Part shown: in pieces, positions 26,228 to 33,735 of the stretch | Position numbering within the stretch: the stretch's first letter is position 1 | How the letters are laid out: every line of letters starts with the position of its first letter | Assembly: GCA_018400405.1 (NCBI GenBank) | Contig: JAGYMX010000001.1 | Location: 1 to 61,084 of the forward strand | Reading direction: 5' to 3' | Length of the DNA: 61,084 nt | Source: a bacterium | GTDB taxonomy: Bacteria > Patescibacteriota > Minisyncoccia > Minisyncoccales > PWPS01 | Made by a program: the position numbers and the translations under genes | Notes under the pieces: generated by a model | The model's database searches: none | Seen by the model: only the letters and a program-made list of their open reading frames with translations | What the model was told of the DNA's origin: nothing

Positions 26228-26653
26228 TTACTCTTTTAATCTAATCCCCATATTTTTTGCTGTTCCCATAATAATTCTTTCCGCAACTTCTATATCATTA
26301 GTATTTAAATCAGGCATCTTTTTTTCTGCAACTCTTCTTAACTGTTCTTTAGTAATTTCTGCTATTTTATTCTTTTTCGGATTTCCAGAACCTTTTTTTA
26401 GCCCCAACTCTTTTAGTAATAGTTCAGAGGCAGGAGATTCTTTTAATTTAAAATCATAACTTCCTCCCTCATAGATAGTTATTTCCACAGGTACTGTAGA
26501 TCCAGTCCTATCCTGCGTTTTATTATTAAAATCTGTACAAAACTGTCCCATATTAATCCCGTGTTGAGCAAGTGCCGGACCAACAGGAGGTGCGGGAGTT
26601 GCTTTCCCTCCCTCGATTTGTAACTTCACTACTGCTTTAATGTTTTTTGCCAT
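26228..26653 (-). CDS. rplK: 50S ribosomal protein L11 (uL11)
   Basis: 141 aa. KLQIEGGKATPAPPVGPALAQHGINMGQFC. Confidence 0.96.
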   Translation of the reverse strand: MAKNIKAVVKLQIEGGKATPAPPVGPALAQHGINMGQFCTDFNNKTQDRTGSTVPVEITIYEGGSYDFKLKESPASELLLKELGLKKGSGNPKKNKIAEITKEQLRRVAEKKMPDLNTNDIEVAERIIMGTAKNMGIRLKE

Positions 26654-26693
26654 ATTTTTTTAAATTAATACTCTTCCAAATTTTTCTATTTTT

Positions 26694-27239
26694 CTACAAC
26701 TTTTTAATCTGTAAAGAATCAAGCTCTACTGATGTATCTCGCCCAAACATATTTACAAGAACCTTTACTTTTCCTTTTTCTTTGTCAACTTCAGAAACTT
26801 TTCCATCAAAGTCCTTAAACGGACCATCTGTTATTTTTACCATATCTCCCTCATCAACGTTTATTTTAAACTGAGGAACATCTTGTTTTACCCTTTTCAT
26901 AAGAACATCTACTTCTTCTTGAGTAAGAGGAACGGGTGTTACTCCCGCACCAACAAAACCGCTTACATTGGGAGTATTACGCACAACATACCACGACTCA
27001 TCGGTGACAATCATCTGCACAAGAACATATCCCGGATAAAGTTTTTCTTCTACCTCTCTTCTTTTCCCATCTCTAATTTTAATCTTTTTTTCCTTAGGAA
27101 CAATTACTTCAAAAATCTTATCTTCCATTTCAAAAGATTCTACTCTTTGTTTTAAGTTTTTTGCTACTGCTTCTTCGTATCCCGAGTAAGTATGAATAAC
27201 ATACCACCTCTTTTCTTGTGTTGCTTCTTGTCTTCCCAT
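26694..27239 (-). CDS. nusG: Transcription termination/antitermination factor NusG
   Basis: 181 aa. WYVIHTYSGYE NGN domain and C-terminal KOW (GDMVKITDGPFKDFDGKV). Confidence 0.95.
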   Translation of the reverse strand: MGRQEATQEKRWYVIHTYSGYEEAVAKNLKQRVESFEMEDKIFEVIVPKEKKIKIRDGKRREVEEKLYPGYVLVQMIVTDESWYVVRNTPNVSGFVGAGVTPVPLTQEEVDVLMKRVKQDVPQFKINVDEGDMVKITDGPFKDFDGKVSEVDKEKGKVKVLVNMFGRDTSVELDSLQIKKL

Positions 27240-27250
27240 TTTTTTAAAGT

Positions 27251-27433
27251 TTAAAAAACAAAATTATTCATTACGGTTGTAACTATATAATCAATCCCTC
27301 CAAGATAAGCAGCAACAAGCAACGAGGCAGCCACAACCATCAAAGAATAGCGCACAGTTTCTGTTCTTGTTGGCCAAGTTACTTTTTTTACTTCTTGTCG
27401 AACTTCTTTTAAAAATCGGTTTATTTTGTTCAT
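27251..27433 (-). CDS. secE: Preprotein translocase subunit SecE
   Basis: 60 aa. KEVRQEVKKVTWPTR followed by a single TM helix. Canonical secE-nusG-rplK order. Confidence 0.88.
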   Translation of the reverse strand: MNKINRFLKEVRQEVKKVTWPTRTETVRYSLMVVAASLLVAAYLGGIDYIVTTVMNNFVF

Positions 27434-27484
27434 ATTTCTTTAAAATGCTCTTTTAAAAGGATTTCAGAAAAATTTTACCTTGCA

Positions 27485-27513
27485 ATTATATGGGAAAAGG
27501 GCCTCTTTGTCAA
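27485..27513 (-). promoter_or_regulatory. Perfect-consensus sigma-70 promoter, TTGACA-17-TATAAT, for secE-nusG-rplK
   Basis: Minus strand TTGACA(27513-27508) AAGAGGCCCTTTTCCCA TATAAT(27490-27485). Confidence 0.75.
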
Positions 27514-27527
27514 TTTTACTCTTTTTT

Positions 27528-29435
27528 TTAAATATCAAGGTTTCCAACTTCTTTCGCGTGTGTTTTAATAAAATTTTTCCTCAGCGCAACCTCTTGCCCC
27601 ATTAGTGCATCAAAAATTCGATCTGCTTCTTTCGCATCTTCTATCGTTACTTGAAGAAGTATTCTGTTTTCTGGATTCATCGTTGTTTCCCAAAGCTGAG
27701 AGGGATTCATTTCTCCTAAACCTTTGTATCTTTGTATATCTACAGAATCACTTTTTATATCTTCTAGTATCTCTGCTTTATCTTCCTCTGTATAAGCATA
27801 CTCTACCCTTTTCCCCGCCTGAATTTTATAGAGAGGAGGTCGTGCAACATAAAGATAACCCTTTTCAATCATTGGCTTAAAGTAGCGGAAAAAAAGAGTA
27901 AGGAGAAGAGTTTTGATGTGATTTCCATCAGAATCTGCATCACACATAATGATTATGCGATGATAGCGAAGTTTTTCTATATCAAAATCATCAGCAATTG
28001 CTGTTCCCAACGCAATAATTAATGATTTTACTTCTTTTGATTCCAAGATTTTGTTCAAACGATATCTTTCAACGTTAAGAATTTTTCCTCTCAGTGGAAG
28101 AATTGCTTGAAAACGCCTATCTCTTGCTCCTTTACAACTTCCTCCCGCTGATTCCCCCTCTACGATATAAAGCTCTGATTCTTCCGGTTTTCTTGTTGAA
28201 CAATCAGCAAGTTTCCCTGGAAGTGAAAGCCCTTCTAAGACACCTTTGCGAAGAACGGTTTCTCTTACTGCTCTCGCCGCTTTTCTTGCTTTTGCAGAGA
28301 GAATGCACTTGCCTATAATTGCTCTTGCTTCTTGAGGGTTTCTTTCAAAAAAATCAACAAGATGCTCAGAAATTAGTAATTCTGTAGCCGATCTTGCCTC
28401 TACATTTCCCAACTTTGCTTTTGTTTGTCCTTCAAACTGCGGTTCATTAATTTTTACAGAGATAACACCTGTAAGTCCTTCCCTTATATCTTCTCCTTTT
28501 AAATTATCATCGTTTTCTTTCAAAAACCCTTCTCTTTTTGCATAGTTGTTAATTGTTTTTGTCAAAGCTACACGGAAACCGGTAAGATGTGTTCCCCCTT
28601 CACGTGTGTTGATGTTATTTGCAAAACTTTCTTCATAAACCTCATACTCCTGTGAATAACGGAAAGCAGCTTCAATAAGCACTCCCTCTCTTTCTCCATT
28701 ACAATAAAAAACTGTTGGATGTATTGGTTCAATTCCACGAGTTAAAAATTTAACATAAGAAGATATTCCTCCTTCAAAGTAAAAAGCATGTTTTTTCTCT
28801 ACTTCTTTTCTACGGTCAATAAAACTGATCCTGATTCCTTTTGTAAGATATGCTTGCTGACGAAGATGGTCAATTATCTTTTTCGGATTAAAAACAGAGT
28901 TTTTAAATATCTCTCGGTCAGGTTTAAAAATAATTTTTGTTCCTGTTTTTTTTGTTTTTTCTCCTTTTTTTAAATTGGCAAGTACCCTCCCCCGTTCATA
29001 CTCCTGATAGTAAATATATCCGTCACGAGAAACTTCTACCCTCATCCATTCAGAGAGAGCACAAACTACAGATATTCCCACTCCGTGAAGCCCTCCGGAA
29101 ACTTGATACGCCTTACTTCCAAACTTTGCTCCTGCATGAAGTGTTGTCATCACTGTTTCTACCGCTGGTCTCCCCGTTTCTGCATGTTTATCAACGGGGA
29201 TCCCTCTTCCATCATCGCTTACTTCTACTTTATCATCATCATGAAGCACCACTGTTCCTTCGTTCCCATATCCTCCCATGAACTCATCAATAAAGTTATC
29301 TACACACTCCCATATAAGATGATGTAAACCATCACTGTCCGTGGAACCAATATACATTCCTGGTCTCTTCCGAACAGGGTCAAGTCCCTTTAAAACACTT
29401 ATATCTTTTGCATTATATTCTGATTTTTTAGACAT
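27528..29435 (-). CDS. gyrB: DNA gyrase subunit B
   Basis: 635 aa. GHKL ATPase (GLHHLIWECVDNFIDE), TOPRIM (ELYIVEGESAGGS), PLRGKILNVE. Confidence 0.96.
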   Translation of the reverse strand: MSKKSEYNAKDISVLKGLDPVRKRPGMYIGSTDSDGLHHLIWECVDNFIDEFMGGYGNEGTVVLHDDDKVEVSDDGRGIPVDKHAETGRPAVETVMTTLHAGAKFGSKAYQVSGGLHGVGISVVCALSEWMRVEVSRDGYIYYQEYERGRVLANLKKGEKTKKTGTKIIFKPDREIFKNSVFNPKKIIDHLRQQAYLTKGIRISFIDRRKEVEKKHAFYFEGGISSYVKFLTRGIEPIHPTVFYCNGEREGVLIEAAFRYSQEYEVYEESFANNINTREGGTHLTGFRVALTKTINNYAKREGFLKENDDNLKGEDIREGLTGVISVKINEPQFEGQTKAKLGNVEARSATELLISEHLVDFFERNPQEARAIIGKCILSAKARKAARAVRETVLRKGVLEGLSLPGKLADCSTRKPEESELYIVEGESAGGSCKGARDRRFQAILPLRGKILNVERYRLNKILESKEVKSLIIALGTAIADDFDIEKLRYHRIIIMCDADSDGNHIKTLLLTLFFRYFKPMIEKGYLYVARPPLYKIQAGKRVEYAYTEEDKAEILEDIKSDSVDIQRYKGLGEMNPSQLWETTMNPENRILLQVTIEDAKEADRIFDALMGQEVALRKNFIKTHAKEVGNLDI

Positions 29436-29474
29436 AATAAATAAACTATCTTACATTTTTTTGAATAATAGCGC

Positions 29475-31472
29475 TTATCTTCTTACTTTCCAGTCCGAAA
29501 CATCCTCTAGTGCTTTTATCACTTTTTCTTGCAAATTATTCGCTTCTTGCGAAGAAAGAGTTTTATTTTTTGACTGAAATGTTAAACGAAAAGCAAAACT
29601 TTTCATTTCTTGAGGTATTCCTTTTCCTTCATAAAAATCAAAAAGCTCAATTTTTCTAAGTACCAATCCTCCTTCTTTGTTTATTTTCTTTTGAACATCT
29701 TCATAAGAAACATCTTTTGGGACAAGAACAGCAATATCTCTAATTAAAGAAGGAAATTTAAAAATTGGTTTGTATTCTACTTTTTCTCTGTAAAATTTTT
29801 TTAACTTTGAAAAATCAAATTCTACAATCAATGGATTGCTTTTAATTTTCATCTCTTTTCTCACTTTTTGAGAGAGTTTTCCTAAAAATCCGATACATTC
29901 GTTTTGAAAAATAATTTTTGCAGAAGAGAAATTTTCAAAAAAAGTTCTTTTTTCGCATTCAGTATAAGAAATATCTTCTAAAAAGATTTTCTTTAAAAAA
30001 GAATCTATCTTCCCTTTTATTGTATAAAAATTATCCGTAGAAGAAATTACTGCCATCTTTTTTTCTTCTTTTACCTCCCCTTCTTTTTTTAAAAATACTT
30101 TTCCTGTTTCAAACAAACCAATCTCTTCATAGTTTTTTTCATTCTCTTGAAGATTTTTTAGAAGTCCAGGAATAAGAGATGGGCGTAAGAACTTAAACTC
30201 TAAACTTGCTGGTTTTTCCATCTCAATCAATTCTTCTCTCTTAAAAAACTCTGCATACTTTTCGTTAATGAAAGAATAATTGTACGTTTCTGAGAACCCA
30301 AAACCTTTCCATATCTCACGACAATTGGTTTCTATGTGGAAGTTATTTTCTTTGGAGGGAATAATATCTTCTTTTGGATTCTCTGGAGATATATTTTCGT
30401 ATCCATAAATTCTTCCTATTTCTTCAATAATATCTTCTTTTATCTCTACATCTATACGAAAATAAGGAGCAGTAACAGAAAATAGATCTTTTTCTCTTTG
30501 AACCTTAAAATTAAGTGCTCTCAAAACTCTTTCTACCTCTTTGTAGGAAATCGCCGTTCCAAGAACACTTCTTACGTCATCTATGTTAAAATGGATAATT
30601 TTTTCTTTCCTTTTTTCCGGATAATAGTCAACTACATTTTTAAAAACCTGTCCTCCAGCAGTCTGTGAAATTAAAGAAACTGCACGATCAATTGCTATCT
30701 TCGTAAGCTCAAGGGGTATCCCGTGTTCAAATCTCAAAGATGCATCAGTTCTTAATTTTAAGTACTGAGAACCCTTCCTTACTGTTATTGGGTCAAAATT
30801 TGCCGCTTCTAAAAAAATAGTTTCCGTTTCTTTATCTACTTCAGGAACAATTCCTCCTTTAATTCCCGCAATACCAATCGGAGAAAGTTCATCGGAAATA
30901 ACCAAAATACTATCTCGTAAATCGTATCTTTTTTCATCTAATGTAACAATCTTTTCTCTTTTCTTTGCATAACGGACAATTATTTTTTCTCCTTCTATCT
31001 TTTTTGCGTCAAATGCATGAAGGGGTTGCCCTGTTTCAAGCATTACATAATTTGTCACATCCACAACATTATTTATCGGTCTTATCCCGCAAGATTTCAA
31101 TCTTGCCTGAATATAAGAGGGAGAACTTTTTACTTTTACCCCCTCTACTCCAGAAAGCGTATACCTTAAACACCCTCCCCTTACTTCTACACTGGCTTTT
31201 TCATTAATATCTTTTCCATATTTTTTTATTTTTGTTTCCGGCATTACAAAATCTTCTCCGGTAATCGCTGCTATCTCTCGAGCAACTCCCATATGAGAAA
31301 GACAATCCCCCGCTCTACTTGAGAGTATATCTATGTCAAGTACAAAATCTTTTCCCTTTTTTTCAATATCTTCTACTTCAAAAAAATGCATCATTAAAAG
31401 ATCGGCAAGTTTTTCTGGAGAAGGAAGTTTCTTTTTAAAAAATGATTGTAAAAAATTATAAGAAAATTTCAT
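29475..31472 (-). CDS. pheT: Phenylalanyl-tRNA synthetase beta subunit (no B2/OB tRNA-binding domain)
   Basis: 665 aa. MKFSYNFLQSF start, B3/B4, B5, core and C-terminal FDX-ACB domain. The EMAP-like OB fold present in E. coli PheT after B1 is absent. Confidence 0.9.
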   Translation of the reverse strand: MKFSYNFLQSFFKKKLPSPEKLADLLMMHFFEVEDIEKKGKDFVLDIDILSSRAGDCLSHMGVAREIAAITGEDFVMPETKIKKYGKDINEKASVEVRGGCLRYTLSGVEGVKVKSSPSYIQARLKSCGIRPINNVVDVTNYVMLETGQPLHAFDAKKIEGEKIIVRYAKKREKIVTLDEKRYDLRDSILVISDELSPIGIAGIKGGIVPEVDKETETIFLEAANFDPITVRKGSQYLKLRTDASLRFEHGIPLELTKIAIDRAVSLISQTAGGQVFKNVVDYYPEKRKEKIIHFNIDDVRSVLGTAISYKEVERVLRALNFKVQREKDLFSVTAPYFRIDVEIKEDIIEEIGRIYGYENISPENPKEDIIPSKENNFHIETNCREIWKGFGFSETYNYSFINEKYAEFFKREELIEMEKPASLEFKFLRPSLIPGLLKNLQENEKNYEEIGLFETGKVFLKKEGEVKEEKKMAVISSTDNFYTIKGKIDSFLKKIFLEDISYTECEKRTFFENFSSAKIIFQNECIGFLGKLSQKVRKEMKIKSNPLIVEFDFSKLKKFYREKVEYKPIFKFPSLIRDIAVLVPKDVSYEDVQKKINKEGGLVLRKIELFDFYEGKGIPQEMKSFAFRLTFQSKNKTLSSQEANNLQEKVIKALEDVSDWKVRR

Positions 31473-31491
31473 ATCTTTTTATTTAAACAGG

Positions 31492-32517
31492 TTAAAACTG
31501 TTTCAAAAACCTTAAATCTCCACCATAAAAAAGGCGTATATCATTAATTTTGTGCTCAATCATTGCTACACGATCAAGCCCAACTCCAAAAGCAAATCCG
31601 TTAAACTTGGAAGAATCCACTTTTGCATTTTCTAAAACATTTGGATGTACCATTCCCGCTCCTACTATTTCGATCCAACCGGTATGACTACACGTTGAAC
31701 AACCTTTCATTTTACAAATAGAACAACTAACATCAACCTCAAAAGAGGGTTCTGTAAAAGGAAAAAAAGAAGGACGAAGACGAAGCTGAACATCGCTCTG
31801 AAAAAGTTCGCGGAAAAAATACCCGATAACGGACTTAAAGTTAGCAACGGATATCTTTTCTCCTATCATGAGTCCTTCAAGTTGATAAAAATTTATTTCA
31901 TGAGAGCTATCGGTTGTTTCATTTCGAAAAACTCTTCCGGGGACAATTATGCGAAAAGGAGGTTTTCTTCCTTCCATATATCTTACCTGAACGCAAGATG
32001 TGTGAGTTCGCATTAAAAGTTTTTCTTTCTCGGAAAGATTTTCCCTATTTTTTTGCTTAACAAAAAGAGTATCTTGCATTTCTCGAACGGGATGATCTTT
32101 TTTAAAATTAAGTGCATCAAAATTGTACCATTCGTTTTCTAACTCTGGACCCTCAACAACCGTAAAACCCATTTTAGAAAAAATATTTTCGCATCTTTCT
32201 TGAAGTTTTGTAAGAGGATGAATACTTCCAATCTGAGGACTTTCTCCTGGAAAAGTAACATCTATTTTCCCTTTTTCTTTTCTGTTCTTTTCTCCTCCCT
32301 GTTTCATCTCTTCTAAAATAATCTTTTTCAGTTCGTTTGCCATCTTCCCTATCTCTCCTTTCTTTTCTGAGGTAAGTTCTTTTAACGAACAAAAAACAGA
32401 GGAGAGTTCTTCCTCTATATATTTTTTGCAGATCTTTTTCTTCCTTTCTGTGCTTTTTTCTTTCTTTATTTCTTCTAAAAATTTTGTTTTTATCTCTTCT
32501 ATTTTATCTCTCGTCAT
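31492..32517 (-). CDS. pheS: Phenylalanyl-tRNA synthetase alpha subunit
   Basis: 341 aa. Class II motifs (HPVREMQDTLF, GRVFRNE, GFAFGVGLDRVAM). Confidence 0.95.
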   Translation of the reverse strand: MTRDKIEEIKTKFLEEIKKEKSTERKKKICKKYIEEELSSVFCSLKELTSEKKGEIGKMANELKKIILEEMKQGGEKNRKEKGKIDVTFPGESPQIGSIHPLTKLQERCENIFSKMGFTVVEGPELENEWYNFDALNFKKDHPVREMQDTLFVKQKNRENLSEKEKLLMRTHTSCVQVRYMEGRKPPFRIIVPGRVFRNETTDSSHEINFYQLEGLMIGEKISVANFKSVIGYFFRELFQSDVQLRLRPSFFPFTEPSFEVDVSCSICKMKGCSTCSHTGWIEIVGAGMVHPNVLENAKVDSSKFNGFAFGVGLDRVAMIEHKINDIRLFYGGDLRFLKQF

Positions 32518-32651
32518 AGTTTAATTTTAGCTTAAAAAGAACAAAAAATCAAACTTATTTTTCCTTAAAAAGTGTTTTTTAAAAAAATATTTATCTTTTT
32601 TTTAGAACTAAATATTTAGAATAAAAATTAAAAAAATATTCTTTTTTTTCA

Positions 32652-32674
32652 TAAAAAAACACTTTATAAAAGTG
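32652..32674 (-). terminator. Intrinsic terminator closing the tRNA operon
   Basis: Minus strand CACUUU-UAU-AAAGUG followed by U7. Confidence 0.6.
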
Positions 32675-32679
32675 ATTTT

Positions 32680-32751
32680 TACGTCTGCGTAGACGATGGG
32701 GTTTGCTCGGTTATTCAACCGGACGAGAGTCGAACAACTCCCGAACCCACG
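32680..32751 (-). pseudogene. Decayed partial duplicate of tRNA-Asp (T-arm + 3' acceptor strand) interrupted by a 38-nt insertion
   Basis: Minus strand CGTGGGTTC[38 nt]AAACCCCATCGTCTACGC versus the intact gene CGTGGGTTC-AAATCCCATCGCCTGCGC (24 of 27 positions identical). It is followed by GCAGACGTA, compared with the tRNA-Asp 5' end GCAGGCGTA. No 5' acceptor, D-arm or anticodon arm remains. Confidence 0.6.
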
Positions 32752-32781
32752 TTAGGTTATATAGTAAATGAGGTTTTTTTG

Positions 32782-32857
32782 CGCAGGCGATGGGATTTGA
32801 ACCCACGGTCTCCTCCGTGACAGGGAGGCGCTTTAAGCCGGGCTAAGCTACGCCTGC
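32782..32857 (-). tRNA. tRNA-Asp (GTC)
   Basis: Manual cloverleaf: GCAGGCG TA GCTT..AAGC G CCTCC CTGTCAC GGAGG AGACC GTGGG TTCAAAT CCCAT CGCCTGC G. CCA is not encoded. Confidence 0.92.
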
Positions 32858-32876
32858 AAATTTTTAAACTTTACTG

Positions 32877-32949
32877 TGCCGGTGGAGGGATTTGAACCCC
32901 CGACCTAATGCTTATGATGCATCCGCTCTAACCACTGAGCTACACCGGC
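32877..32949 (-). tRNA. tRNA-Met (CAT), elongator-type (tRNA-Ile2/lysidine identity not excluded)
   Basis: GCCGGTG TA GCTC AGTGGTTA GAGC G GATGC ATCATAA GCATT AGGTC GGGGG TTCAAAT CCCTC CACCGGC A. CCA is not encoded. Confidence 0.88.
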
Positions 32950-33063
32950 TCTCTTTCTTCGTTTTCTTTATTCCTTGCCGGTAAGACCCCTATAAATCCG
33001 ATAAACCGCAAACATCATAGCGTTTTTCGTGAACTTTTATAATCTATCTGTGTTCTAAAATTG

Positions 33064-33134
33064 TTGCGGGGCCAGGATTCGAACCTGGAACTTAGGGTTA
33101 TGGGCCCTAAATGATACCATTTCACTACCCCGCT
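33064..33134 (-). tRNA. Initiator-like tRNA-Met (CAT)
   Basis: AGCGGGG T A GTGA AATGGTA TCAT T TAGGG CCCATAA CCCTA AGTT CCAGG TTCGAAT CCTGG CCCCGCA A. Three consecutive G:C pairs close the anticodon stem and positions 1:72 are mismatched (A/A). CCA is not encoded. Confidence 0.8.
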
Positions 33135-33153
33135 AAGTTTATACGACTACTGT

Positions 33154-33181
33154 ATATTATAATAATATTAGAAAATGTCAA
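33154..33181 (-). promoter_or_regulatory. Sigma-70-type promoter, TTGACA-16-TAATAT, for the tRNA operon
   Basis: Minus strand TTGACA(33181-33176) and TAATAT(33159-33154), about 20 nt upstream of the first tRNA. Confidence 0.6.
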
Positions 33182-33186
33182 TATTT

Positions 33187-33735
33187 TTAAAAAATCTGTA
33201 AATCTTTAAACGTTTCTTCGTAAACAGAAACAACTCTTACCGCTTCTTCTTGTGAAAGTTTTTTACTCGGGTCATAAACAATATCTCTTCTTTCCCGGTG
33301 AGCGTCTCGAAGCTCTTCTATGTTTGGAATAATCTCTTTACTTAATCCCTCCAGCTTCTCTAATAGGTTTTCTCCTTCATAACCCATTTGAAAAAGAATA
33401 TCGTCAATCATTTCATCCGCTTCAATGACCGCTATCTTTCTTTCTGCCTCATTTTCACTTTTTGCTGAACCAATAACTTCTTTCCAGTCTTTTCTAATTT
33501 TTAAATCTGTATACGGCTTTGCTTTCTTAAATTCTGTATAAGTCTCCTTAAATCTGTACTTTAAATAGTCATTTACAGACAAAAGAAAAAAAAGCATTCC
33601 GATAAAAAAAGCGGAAATAAGAAAAAATATAAAGCGTAAAAGCCACCATACATTAAAAAAAGGAGAGGGCATAAGAGAAGGATTCATTAGATAATAAAAA
33701 ATAGCTTCTACTAATTCTTTTACTTGTTCAACCAT
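33187..33735 (-). CDS. Hypothetical membrane-anchored protein
   Basis: 182 aa. One or two N-terminal TM helices, then an acidic helical domain. Overlaps the gatA stop by 16 nt. Confidence 0.55.
   Translation of the reverse strand: MVEQVKELVEAIFYYLMNPSLMPSPFFNVWWLLRFIFFLISAFFIGMLFFLLSVNDYLKYRFKETYTEFKKAKPYTDLKIRKDWKEVIGSAKSENEAERKIAVIEADEMIDDILFQMGYEGENLLEKLEGLSKEIIPNIEELRDAHRERRDIVYDPSKKLSQEEAVRVVSVYEETFKDLQIF

Noticed and set aside
32595-32620. A 12-bp perfect palindrome, CTAAATATTTAG, upstream of pheS. A similar palindrome, AGCAAATTGCT, overlaps the murA -35 (42708-42720).
   Set aside because: Short AT-rich palindromes are expected by chance in this composition. No second copy or cognate regulator gene is visible.
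32608-32652. A 14-codon minus-strand mini-ORF, MKKKNIFLIFILNI, upstream of pheS, considered as a pheM-like Phe attenuation leader peptide.
   Set aside because: It has only two Phe codons. Its ATG is embedded in the U-run of the tRNA-operon terminator. I can draw no terminator/antiterminator pair between it and pheS. In sequence this AT-rich, such mini-ORFs arise by chance.
32950-33063. The 114-nt spacer between the initiator and elongator tRNA-Met contains GGGGTCTTACCGGCA, sharing ACCGGCA with the 3' end of tRNA-Met. This could be a second tRNA remnant.
   Set aside because: Only a 7-mer plus a short G-run match. There is no T-arm or other tRNA segment, so it is too weak to distinguish from chance.
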